From positions 95,730,001 to 95,794,000 of the forward strand of contig NC_086097.1 in the NCBI RefSeq assembly GCF_963921235.1: a stretch of DNA of 64,000 bases, in the 5' to 3' direction. Position numbers and translations under genes: made by a program. This DNA comes from Mobula hypostoma (Eukaryota). Position 1 is the stretch's first letter. Each line of letters begins with the position of its first letter. Below the pieces are notes generated by a model. The model was not told where the DNA came from, did not search any database, and saw nothing but the letters and a program-made list of their open reading frames with translations. Positions 40,564 to 52,245 of this stretch are shown here, in pieces.

Positions 40564-43500
40564 TTACAGACAGCACTCCTGCTTGCCCCCTCCCCGGTTA
40601 CAGAGAGCCCTCCCCCTTGCCCTCTCCCTGGTTACAGACAGCACTCCCCCTTGCCCCCTCCCCGGTTACAGAGAGCCCTGCTTGCCCCCTCCCCGGTTAC
40701 AGAGAGCCCTCCCGCTTGTCCTCTCCCCGGTTACAGAGAGCCCTCCCGCTTGTCCTCTCCCTGGTTACAGACAGCACTCCCGCTTGCCCCCTCCCCGGTT
40801 ACAGAGAGCCCTCCCGCTTGTCCTCTCCCCGGTTACAGAGAGCCCTCCCGCTTGCCCCCTCCCCGGTTACAGAGAGCCCTCCCCCTTGCCCCCCCCCCGG
40901 TTACAGAGAGCACTCCCCCTTGCCCCCTCCCCAGTTACAGAGAGCCCTCCTTGCCCCCTCCCCGGTTACAGAGAGCCCTCCCGCTTGCCCCCTCCCCGGT
41001 TACAGAGAGCCCTGCTTGCCCCCTCCCCGGTTACAGAGAGCCCTCCCGCTTGCCCCCGTCCGGGTTACAGAGAGCCCTCCCGCTTGTCCTCTCCCCGGTT
41101 ACAGAGAGCCCTCCCGCTTGTCCTCTCCCCGGTTACAGAGAGCCCGCCCCCTTGCCCCCTCCCCAGTTACAGAGAGCCCTGCTTGCCCTCACCCCGGTTA
41201 CAGAGAGCCCTCCCGCTTGCCCTCCCCGGTTACAGAGAGCCCTCCCGCTTGCCCTCTCCCGGTTACAGAGAGCCCTCCCCCTTGCCCCCTCCCCAGTTAC
41301 AGAGAGCCCTCCCGCTTGCCCCCTCCCCAGTTACAGAGAGCCCTCCCGCTTGTCCTCTCCCCGGTTACAGAGAGCCCTCCCGCTTGTCCTCTCCCCGGTT
41401 ACAGAGAGCCCTCCCGCTTGTCCTCTCCCCGGTTACAGAGAGCCCTCCCGCTTGTCCTCTCCCCGGTTACAGAGAGCCCTCCCGATTGCCCCCTCCCCGG
41501 TTACAGAGAGCACTCCCCCTTGCCCCCTCCCCGGTTACAGAGAGCCCTGCTTGCCCCCTCCCCGGTTACAGAGAGCCCTCCCGCTTGTCCTCTCCCCGGT
41601 TACAGAGAGCCCTCCCCCTTGCCCTCTCCCCGGTTACAGAGAGCCCTCCCGCTTGTCCTCTCCCCGGTTACAGAGAGCCCTCCCGCTTGTCCTCTCCCCG
41701 GTTACAGAGAGCCCTCCCGATTGCCCCCTCCCCGGTTACAGAGAGCACTCCCCCTTGCCCCCTCCCCGGTTACAGAGAGCCCTGCTTGCCCCCTCCCCGG
41801 TTACAGAGAGCCCTCCCGCTTGTCCTCTCCCCGGTTACAGAGAGCCCTCCCGCTTGTCCTCTCCCTGGTTACAGACAGCACTCCCGCTTGCCCCCTCCCC
41901 GGTTACAGAGAGCCCTCCCGCTTGTCCTCTCCCCGGTTACAGAGAGCCCTCCCGCTTGCCCCCTCCCCGGTTACAGAGAGCACTCCCCCTTGCCCCCTCC
42001 CCAGTTACAGAGAGCCCTCCTTGCCCCCTCCCCGGTTACAGAGAGCCCTCCCGCTTGTCCTCTCCCCGGTTACAGAGAGCCCTCCCTCTTGCCCCCTCCC
42101 TGGTTACAGAGAGCCCTCTTGCATGCCCCCTCCCCAGTTACAGAGAGCCCTCCCACTTGCCCTCTCCGGGTTACAGATAGCCCTCCGGATTGCCCCCTCC
42201 CCGGTTACAGAGAGCCCTCCCGCTTACCCTCTCCCCGGTTACAGACAGCCCTCCCGCTTACCCTCTCCCTGGTTACAGACAGCCCTCTCGCTTGCCCCCT
42301 CCCCAGTTACAGAGAGCCCTGCTTGCCCCGTCCCCGGTTACAGAGAGCCCTCCCGCTTGTCCTCTCCCCGGTTACAGAGAGCCCTCCCGCTTGCCCCCTC
42401 CCCGGTTACAGACAGCCCGCCCCCTTGCCCCCTCCCCGGTTACAGAGAGCCCCGCTTGCCCTCCCCGGTTACAGAGACCCCTCCCGATTGCCCCCTCCCC
42501 GGTTACAGAGAGCCCTCCCGATTGCCCCGTCCCCAGTTACAAAGAGCCCTGCTTGCCCTCTCCCCGGTTACAGAGAGCCCTGCTTGCCCCCTCCCCGGTT
42601 ACAGAGAGCCCTCCTGTTGGCCCTCTCCCCGGTTATAGAGAGCCCTCCCGCTTGCCTTCTCCCGGTTACAGAGAGCCCTCCCGCTTGTCCCCTCCCTGGT
42701 TACAGAGAACCCTCCCGCTTGTCCCCTCCCCGGTCACAGAGAGCCCTCCCGCTTGCCCTCTGCCCGGTTATAGAGAGCCCTCCCCCTTGCCACCTCCCCG
42801 GTTACAGAGAGCCCTGCTTGCCCCCTCCCCAGTTACAGAGAGCCCTCCCGCTTGCCCTCCCCGGATACAGAGAGCCCTCCCGCTTGCCCCCTCCCCGGTT
42901 ACAGAGAGCCCTCCCCCTTGCCCTCTCCCCGGTCACAGAGAGCCCTCCCGCTTGCCCTCTCCCAGTAACAGAGAGCCCTCCCGCTTGCCCTCTCCCCGGT
43001 TACAGAGAGCCCTCCCCATTGCCCCATCCCCGGTTACAGAGAGCCCTCCCGCTTGCCCCCTCCCCGGTTACAGAGAGCCCTGCTTGCCCCCTCCCCGGTT
43101 ACAGAGAGCCCTCCCGCTTGCCCCCTCCCCGGTTACAGAGAGCCCTCCCGCTTGCCCCATCCCCGGTTACAGAGAGCCCTCCCGCTTGCCCCCTCCCTGG
43201 TTACAGAGAGCCCTGCTTGCCCCCTCCCCGGTTATAGAGAGCCCTCCCGCTTGTCCTCTCCCCGGTTACAGAGAGCCCTCCCGCTTTCCCCCTCCCCGGT
43301 TACAGAGAGCCCTCCCCCTTGCCCCCTCCCCGGTTACAGAGAGCCCTGCTTGCCCCCTCCCCGGTTACAGAGAGCCCTCCCACTTGCCCCCTCCCCAGTT
43401 ACAGATAGCCCTCCCCCTTGCCCCTTCCCCGGTTACAGAGAGCCCTGCTTGCCCCCTCCCCGGTTACAGAGAGCCCTCCCGCTTGTCCTCTCCCCGGTTA

Positions 43501-46500
43501 CAGAAAGCCCTCCCGCTTGCCCCCTCCTCGGTTACAGAGAGCCCTCCCGCTTGTCCTCTCCCCGGTTACAGAGAGCCCTGCTTGCCCCCTCCCCAGTTAC
43601 AGAGAGCCCTCCTGCTTGCCCCCGTCCGGGTTACAGAGAGCCCTCCCGCTTGCCCTCTCCCCGGTTACAGAGAGCCCTCCCGCTTGCCCCCTCCCCGGTT
43701 ACAGAGAGCCCTCCCGCTTGCCCCCTCCCCGGTTACAGAGAGCCCTCCCGCTTGCCCTATGCCCGGTTACAGAGAGCCCTCCCGCTTGCCCCCTCCCCGG
43801 TTACCGAGAGCCCCGCGTGGCCCCCCCCCGGTGACAGAGAGCCCCCCCGCTTGCCCCCGTCCGGGTTACAGAGAGCCCTCCCGCTTGTCCTCTCCCCGGT
43901 TACAGAGAGCCCTCCCGCTTGTCCTCTCCCCGGTTACAGAGAGCCCGCCCCCTTGCCCCCTCCCCAGTTACAGAGAGCCCTGCTTGCCCTCACCCCGGTT
44001 ACAGAGAGCCCTCCCGCTTGCCCTCCCCAGTTACAGAGAGCCCTCCCGCTTGCCCTCTCCCGGTTACAGAGAGCCCTCCCCCTTGCCCCCTCCCCGGTTA
44101 CAGAGAGCCCTCCCGCTTGCCCCCTCCCCAGTTACAGAGAGCCCTCCCGCTTGTCCTCTCCCCGGTTACAGAGAGCCCTCCCGCTTGTCCTCTCCCCGGT
44201 TACAGAGAGCCCTCCCGCTTGTCCTCTCCCCGGTTACAGAGAGCCCTCCCGCTTGTCCTCTCCCCGGTTACAGAGAGCCCTCCCGATTGCCCCCTCCCCG
44301 GTTACAGAGAGCACTCCCCCTTGCCCCCTCCCCGGTTACAGAGAGCCCTGCTTGCCCCCTCCCCGGTTACAGAGAGCCCTCCCGCTTGTCCTCTCCCCGG
44401 TTACAGAGAGCCCTCCCGCTTGTCCTCTCCCTGGTTACGACAGCACTCCCGCTTGCCCCCTCCCCGGTTACAGAGAGCCCTCCCGCTTGTCCTCTCCCCG
44501 GTTACAGAGAGCCCTCCCGCTTGCCCCCTCCCCGGTTACAGAGAGCACTCCCCCTTGCCCCCTCCCCAGTTACAGAGAGCCCTCCTTGCCCCCTCCCCGG
44601 TTACAGAGAGCCCTCCCGCTTGTCCTCTCCCCGGTTACAGAGAGCCCTCCCTCTTGCCCCCTCCCTGGTTACAGAGAGCCCTCTCGCAGGCCCCCTCCCC
44701 AGTTACAGAGAGCCCTCCCACTTGCCCTCTCCGGGTTACAGATAGCCCTCCGGATTGCCCCCTCCCCGGTTACAGAGAGCCCTCCCGCTTACCCTCTCCC
44801 CGGTTACAGACAGCCCTCCCGCTTACCCTCTCCCTGGTTACAGACAGCCCTCTCGCTTGCCCCCTCCCCAGTTACAGAGAGCCCTGCTTGCCCCGTCCCC
44901 GGTTACAGAGAGCCCTCCCGCTTGTCCTCTCCCCGGTTACAGAGAGCCCTCCCGCTTGCCCCCTCCCCGGTTACAGACAGCCCGCCCCCTTGCCCCCTCC
45001 CCGGTTACAGAGAGCCCCGCTTGCCCTCCCCGGTTACAGAGACCCCTCCCGATTGCCCCCTCCCCGGTTACAGAGAGCCCTCCCGATTGCCCCGTCCCCA
45101 GTTACAAAGAGCCCTGCTTGCCCTCTCCCCGGTTACAGAGAGCCCTGCTTGCCCCCTCCCCGGTTACAGAGAGCCCTCCTGTTTGCCCTCTCCCCGGTTA
45201 TAGAGAGCCCTCCCGCTTGCCTTCTCCCGGTTACAGAGAGCCCTCCCGCTTGTCCTCTCCCTGGTTACAGAGAGCCCTCCCGCTTGTCCCCTCCCCGGTC
45301 ACAGAGAGCCCTCCCGCTTGCCCTCTGCCCGGTTATAGAGAGCCCTCCCCTTGCCACCTCCCCGGTTACAGAGAGCCCTGCTTGCCCCCTCCCCAGTTAC
45401 AGAGAGCCCTCCCGCTTGCCCTCCCCGGATACAGAGAGCCCTCCCGCTTGCCCCCTCCCCGGTTACAGAGAGCCCTCCCCCTTGCCCTCTCCCCGGTCAC
45501 AGAGAGCCCTCCCGCTTGCCCTCTCCCAGTAACAGAGAGCCCTCCCGCTTGCCCTCTCCCCGGTTACAGAGAGCCCTCCCCATTGCCCCCTCCCCGGTTA
45601 CAGAGAGCCCTCCCGCTTGCCCCCTCCCCGGTTACAGAGAGCCCTCCCGCTTGCCCCATCCCCGGTTACAGAGAGCCCTCCCGCTTGCCCCCTCCCCGGT
45701 TACAGAGAGCCCTCCCGCTTGCCCCCTCCCCGGTTACAGAGAGCCCTCCCGCTTGCCCCATCCCCGGTTACAGAGAGCCCTCCCGCTTGCCCCCCGCTTG
45801 CCCCCTCCCCGGTTACAGAGAGCCCTGCTTGCCCCCTCCCCGGTTATAGAGAGCCCTCCCGCTTGTCCTCTCCCCGGTTACAGAGAGCCCTCCCGCTTTC
45901 CCCCTCCCCGGTTACAGAGAGCCCTCCCCCTTGCCCCCTCCCCGGTTACAGAGAGCCCTGCTTGCCCCCTCCCCGGTTACAGAGAGCCCTCCCACTTGCC
46001 CCCTCCCCAGTTACAGATAGCCCTCCCCCTTGCCCCTTCCCCGGTTACAGAGAGCCCTCCCGCTTGTCCTCTCCCCGGTTACAGAAAGCCCTCCCGCTTG
46101 CCCCCTCCTCGGTTACAGAGAGCCCTCCCGCTTGTCCTCTCCCCGGTTACAGAGAGCCCTGCTTGCCCCCTCCCCAGTTACAGAGAGCCCTCCTGCTTGC
46201 CCCCGTCCGGGTTACAGAGAGCCCTCCCGCTTGCCCTCTCCCCGGTTACAGAGAGCCCTCCCGCTTTCCCCCTCCCCGGTTACAGAGAGCCCTCCCCCTT
46301 GCCCCCTCCCCGGTTACAGAGAGCCCTGCTTGCCCCCTCCCCGGTTACAGAGAGCCCTCCCTCTTGCCCCCTCCCCAGTTACAGATAGCCCTCCCCCTTG
46401 CCCCTTCCCCGGTTACAGAGAGCCCTGCTTGCCCCCTCCCCGGTTACAGAGAGCCCTCCCGCTTGTCCTCTCCCCGGTTACAGAAAGCCCTCCCGCTTGC

Positions 46501-47150
46501 CCCCTCCTCGGTTACAGAGAGCCCTCCCGCTTGTCCTCTCCCCGGTTACAGAGAGCCCTGCTTGCCCCCTCCCCAGTTACAGAGAGCCCTCCTGCTTGCC
46601 CCCGTCCGGGTTACAGAGAGCCCTCCCGCTTGCCCTCTCCCCGGTTACAGAGAGCCCTCCCGCTTGCCCCCTCCCCGGTTACAGAGAGCCCTCCCGCTTG
46701 CCCCCTCCCCGGTTACAGAGAGCCCTCCCGCTTGCCCTCTGCCCGGTTACAGAGAGCCCTCCCGCTTGCCCCCTCCCCGGTTACAGAGAGCCCTGCTTGC
46801 CCCCTCCCCGGTTACAGAGAGCCCTCCCGCTTGCCCCCGTCCGGGTTACAGAGAGCCCTCCCGCTTGTCCTCTCCCCGGTTACAGAGAGCCCTCCCGCTT
46901 GTCCTCTCCCCGGTTACAGAAAGCCCTCCCCCTTGCCCCCTCCCCGGTTACAGAGAGCCCTGCTTGCCCCCGTCCCGGTTACAGAGAGCCCTCCCACTTG
47001 CCCTCTCCCGTTACAGAGAGCCCTCCCGCTTGCCCCCTCCCCGGTTACAGAGAGCCCTCCAGATTGCCCCGTCCCCGGTTACAGAGAGCCCTCCCGCTTG
47101 CCCTCTCCCCGGTTACAGACAGCTCTCCCGTTTGCCCCCTCCCCGGTTAC
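40564..47150. repeat. Intronic minisatellite, 34-bp consensus GGTTACAGAGAGCCCTCCCGCTTGCCCCCTCCCC with a 31-bp variant, roughly 195 copies
   Basis: Directly visible tandem array of about 6.6 kb; copy number estimated from length divided by unit size. It abuts the exon at 47151. Confidence 0.98.
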
Positions 47151-47277
47151 CTGATGTGGGTTGCTGGTAGGGACTCCAGCTGCCGTGACAGGAAGAGCTC
47201 GCGGTGTTTCAGCTGGTGCCGCTCGTTCTCAGAAAGTTCCTGCAGCTCTCCATTTTCCATCTCCTCTTCTACTTCCT
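47151..47277 (-). CDS. MTA1: MTA1-like NuRD subunit, internal coding exon (127 bp, BAH domain)
   Basis: Translates to EVEEEMENGELQELSENERHQLKHRELFLSRQLESLPATHI(R), the MTA-family BAH motif. Acceptor ...CCGCACAG|, donor CAG|GTAACC. EEEMEN and QLES are MTA1-type residues. Family is certain, paralog assignment less so. Confidence 0.93.
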
Positions 47278-48372
47278 CTGTGCGGAGATCAAAAACATGG
47301 GGTCAACACAATCAGCTTCTGCACTTCCAAAATGTTACCCAGTTCTCAAATCAGCTCGCATGTTGCCCTACCAAAAATTAACAAAACAGAAGTGCAGAGG
47401 TGTCAGCCATGATTTTGTTACCAGCCAACTGGTCAACTTCTGTGTGAAGACTTGCTGCTGTGAGTGAGTCTAAATTCACACAAAACCAGACATGAACCAC
47501 TAGTTCTGTGTCCCTGCCTGTGAATGTCAGCTGGGTACAATTTCATCCCACGTTTTACTTGAATCACCAGAATGGAGGAGGTCTCTCGGGCTATCTGGTG
47601 TCTGCCGTCTCCCGAGGAGCAATCCCAACAGTTCTGTTCACTCCTTTCTAATTTTCCTGCACCCCTGCATCTTATTGTCTCCCACATGCCCATCATTTTC
47701 CCCCATTGCACTCTTTTGCCACTTATCCACACTGAGGGAGAATTTGCAACACATGCATCAGCCAACAAAATTCCAAACCTGTATACTGCATTCAGACATC
47801 ATAAATATGATTTTTTACACTGCAGACATAAAACCCAGATTGGGCGATTACTTTGTGGGATCTCTGCATTCATCCACAGGACTGACCCTGAGCTTCTAGT
47901 TGCCTGTTGATTTTGTTTTTCATTTCACTGCCACTGGGATCTGCCTGCCTGCTGCCTTCCAGAATGATAGATTGAGAGCCCACACAGGCTTGAGCAACAA
48001 CACCACATCTTCTGGAGACACAAGAGACTGCACATGCTGGAAATTTGGACCAAGACATAGGAGCTGTAGGAACTCAGGATTGATGAAGGGTCTTGATCCA
48101 AAACATTAATAGTTCATTTCCTTGCATAGATGCTGCCTCACCCACTGAGTTCCTCTAGCTCCTTTATGTGTAACCTTCTGTCTTTTGGACTATTTCTCCA
48201 AGTTTCAGTAACTTGCTCTTTTCACTCTGTCTGTATCAGCACTGGCCATTTTTGAAAATTGTCGATCTGTGACTTTTATGCAGTTTTCCTCTCCATCAGT
48301 ATAGTATTATGTGCTGGATGGGTCCCACAACCCTGCCATCTGCAACGCATAAACAGACAAAAGCATAATCTG

Positions 48373-48609
48373 AGCAACACACATCAAAGTTGCTGGTGAA
48401 CGCAGCAGGCCAGGCAGCATCTGTAAGAAGAGGTACAGTCGACGTTTCAGGCCGAGACCCTTCGTCAGGACTAACGAAGGGTCCTGACGAAGGGTCTCGG
48501 CCTGAAACGCCGACTGCACCTCTTCCTACAGATGCTGCCTGGCCTGCTGCGTTCACCAGCAACTTTGATGTGTGTTGCTTGAATTTCCAGCATCTGCAGA
48601 CTTCCTGTT
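48373..48609. mobile_element. 237-bp palindromic non-coding Penelope-derived element with two opposed hammerhead motifs and a perfect 14-bp TSD
   Basis: Arms of about 100 bp (48373-48471 and 48481-48579) are near-perfect inverted repeats. AAAAGCATAATCTG occurs at 48359-48372 and 48610-48623. Confidence 0.92.
48437..48472 (-). ncRNA. Minimal type I hammerhead ribozyme motif, intact core
   Basis: Same 36-nt sequence as 34202-34237 on the minus (host-transcribed) strand, with CUGACGA, GAAAC and GUC. Confidence 0.8.
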
Positions 48610-50684
48610 AAAAGCATAATCTGCTTCTAATTGCACCAATAATCTATTTTATCTCACCTCATCATTAATGTTTTCCCTGTTCTGTCCATCTCTTCCCCCA
48701 TCCTCTCTGCTACTGAAAACTAACCCTCCTTCTAATTCACCCTTCTCTTTCCACAGACATTGCCTAACCAGCTGAACAATTACAGTTGCTTTTATTTATT
48801 TCAGATTTCCATTGTCTGCAGGGTTCTCTTGCTGCATTTTCAATTAATGTTTTGGGACAAGGAAAGCTAACTTGACCTTCCCCTCTCCTCACCAATCTGC
48901 CTGTTGCAGGCTTAACTTTACAGGAGTAACAGCCAGCCAGTCCATGTGGATTCAAGGGCCAACTTCTATACTCACCATTATCCCATGTGGCAATACCACC
49001 CGCTTAGTAGTAAGATTCTAACTGAGATTGGAAAGACACTGTCACTGTGACCTACCACGTCAAGGGCTTTAAACCAGGCCACAGAGGAGTACAAACTAAG
49101 ATCACAAAGGCATCAGAATTGGTAACAGGGCATGTGCTCTGTTTTCAAAATCAAGGCTGGTCTTATAACTCCACTCCTTTCTCCTTTTCCTTCATGCTCT
49201 TGAATAAGGAATTCAACCCACTCTTGAATAAATTCAACAAGTTATTGTCCGTAACTTCAGTAGAAAAAATTCCAAAGCTTAAAAATTCTGTGAATTTTGT
49301 ACTTCAAACCAAATTGGACCACTAAGTCTTGACCCCAAGCTCTCAACTTTCCATTCACAGAAAAGAGTCTTTCAGGTCTACCTGGTTACACTAACAAAGA
49401 ATTGTACACATTTCGGTGAACTTACTCCTCATTGCTTTAAACTCTACAAATTACCTGTTCTTCTCAATCTCCCCCATGAAACAACTGTGTCGTTTTAAGT
49501 ATTCCTTTCTGTAAACAAGACCAGACCTATCCATGGTGGCACAGCTGTGCTCTACTTGCAACAAGACTTCCCAGGAAAAAAAACAGTAAATTGTCACTAC
49601 ATTGTCTTCAAAGCAAGAATACCCTTGTCATAATGAGACCAAAAACACTAGGCCATTTTACCAAAGCCCCTTGCAACCATAAGATGACTACCTTAATCCT
49701 ATAACTTCAATCTCCTTATTAACTTCAATCTCCTTATTATCTCCTTCAATCTCCATTTGTTTAATTGTACCTGCATATTAACTTTAAGATTCATATGTAA
49801 GAATCCAAATCTTTGACTATAAACATCTCAGAGTGCTCAAAGTTTTTCAGAAATTCTGCATTTGTATTCTTCCTTTTAAAATAGGTAACCTCGCGCCTCC
49901 ACATGTCATACACCATTTCCCACTTTTTTCCTCATTTAACCAACCTGTGTACCTTTCTCCCAACTCCACCCTTGCTCCTCCCTCACCTGGCTCAACCTGC
50001 TTGTCAGTCTTCACCTCTCCTTGGTCCCCCATTTAGCTCTGGTACCCACCCATCTCACCACTTCCCCTCTCCTCTTTATACTGGACATCTCCTCAATCCT
50101 GATGTAGGGTTTTCACCTGAAATGTTAACAACAGCTCTCCCAACTACAGATGCTGCTTGACCCACTGAGTTCTTCCAAAAGATTCTATGTTTCAGCTTCC
50201 AGCATTTACAGCCTCTTGTGTGTTGTGTTTTTTAATACCTTAGCAGCAGTTCAACTTGCCACCCGTTACCATATCCCACATTTATCATTTGTAAACCTGA
50301 AAACATTATTCTTGGTTCTCTCTGTTAATTTAGTGAAATAGACTGTAAACAATCAAAACCCACATTTTTAATTTTGTGGCAACCCTATAAGCTCCATTCT
50401 GATTCCTAAGTACTTATTTATTCCTAAATATTTATTCAGATTTCTGGCCAGGCTAATATATTAACCACAATCCCGTGAACATTAATCATGTTAATAACTT
50501 CATGTGTAGCACTTTAATTATATTTTCTGAATATGCAAAACTACTTTGCAATAGACCATAAGAATTAGGCCATTCAGCCCATTGATTCTGCTCCACTTTT
50601 TCATCATGGTTGATCCATTTGCCCTCTTAACCCCATTCTACAAGACCATAAGACGTACAGACAGAATTAGGCCATTCAGCCAGT

Positions 50685-52245
50685 TGTGCAGCAAAGGAAC
50701 AGGCTCTTAGATCCATTACATCTGTGCTGACAATCATGCCCATCAACACTAATCCCTCTATGCCTTGCTCGTTCATATACCTATCCATATGCCTTTTAAC
50801 TGTTGTTCCTGTCCTGCCTCCACCACCTCCTCTGGCAGAAGATTCCAGAAACCAGCCTTCTGTGTAGGAAAAAAACTTACCCCTCAGATCTCCTTTAAAT
50901 GTCCTCCCTCTTACCTTAAACCTCTGCGTTTAGACATCCCTACCAGAGAAAACAGGCACCGGCTAGCAACCCGATCTATTCCTCTCATAATTTTGTACAC
51001 TTCTATCATGTCACATATCTGCACCCTTCATTCCAGCAAAAACAAATCTAGCCGATCCAGTTTTACTGAATTAAAGAAGGAAATCAGGAGGGCTAAAAGG
51101 AGACATGAGGTTGCTCTGGCACATAAGCTGAAGGAGAGTCTCAAGGGCTTCTACTGATATATTAAAAGCAAAAGGAGAGAAGGGACAAAAATAGTCCACC
51201 TAAGGATCAGCATGATCATCTATGCGTGAGGTTGAAAGAGATGGGAGAGATCTTTAATGGATTTTTTTGCATGTGTATTTACTCAGGAGACGGACACAGA
51301 GTCTATCGAACAGAGGCAAGACAGCATTGAGGTCGTGGACCATATACAGATTACAGAAGAGGAGTTTGAGCCAAACTTTGTTGAGTAGGTTCCTAGGGCC
51401 TGACAAGGACCTTGTGGGAGACAAGTGTAGAAATTGCTGGTGGACTGGAGGACAGCCAATATTGCTCAGAGTTGTTCAAGAAAGGCTCTAAGAATAAGCC
51501 AGGTAATTATAGGCCAGTGAGTCTGATATCCGTAGTGGGTAAATTACTGTAAGTATTTTAAGGGACCGGATATATAAGTACTAAGATAGACAGGACCATG
51601 ATTTTCGCTTTGTGAGTGGTAGGTAGGTCACGTCTAACCAATCTGACAGAGTTTTTTGAGGAGGTTACCATGAAAGTGGATGAAGGCAGGGCAGTGGATG
51701 TTGCCTACATGGACATTAGCAAGGTCTTTGACAAAATCCTGCAAATGCGGCTGGTCAAGAAGGTTCAGTCGTTTGCCGTTCAGGATGTGATGGCAAATTG
51801 GATTAAACTGTGGTAGTAGATGCTTGCCCTCTGAGTAGAGGCCTGTGACTAGTGGTGTGTCGCAGGGATCAGTGGTGGGTTTGTTGTTGTTTGTCATCTG
51901 TATTAACAATCTGGATGATAATGTAGTAAACAGGATCAGCAAATTTGCGGATGACACCGGGAGTGGGGGTGCAGTGGACATTGAGGAAGACTATCAAAGC
52001 TTGCAGCAGGATCTGGACCATCGGGAAAAATAGGCTGAAAAGTGGCAGATAGAACTTAATGCAGACAAGTGTGAGGTGTTGCAGTTTGGGAGGAATAACC
52101 AGGATAGTACTTATATAGTGAAGGGTAGGACAGTGAGGAAAGTGGAAGAACAGAGGGATCTGGCAGTACAGATATATAATTCCTTGAAAGGGGCTGGTAG
52201 ATGGGTTTTAAAGAGATCCTTTGACACATGGGCCTTCATAAAACA
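50685..52245. mobile_element. CR1 fragments in opposite orientations (3' end minus at about 50685-51060; ORF2 plus at about 51065-52245)
   Basis: ORF 50765..51157 switches from antisense CR1 to sense KKEIRRAKRRHE. Downstream are AVDVAYMDISKVFDK and KFADDT. Confidence 0.72.

Noticed and set aside
40564..47150. CRISPR-like array (constant GGTTACAGAGAGCCCT plus a variable part)
   Set aside because: The variable parts are near-identical variants, not unique spacers. There are no cas genes and the context is a vertebrate intron.
40583..47381. Very long Pro-rich ORFs (up to 884 aa) in all three plus frames
   Set aside because: Artefact of a 34-bp unit with no plus-strand stop codon. All frames give the same cycling peptide, antisense to the host gene.
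48373..48609. miRNA precursor or DNA-transposon MITE
   Set aside because: The arms are Penelope pseudo-LTR sequence found next to GIY-YIG ORFs elsewhere in the window, the ends are asymmetric, and no expression evidence is available.
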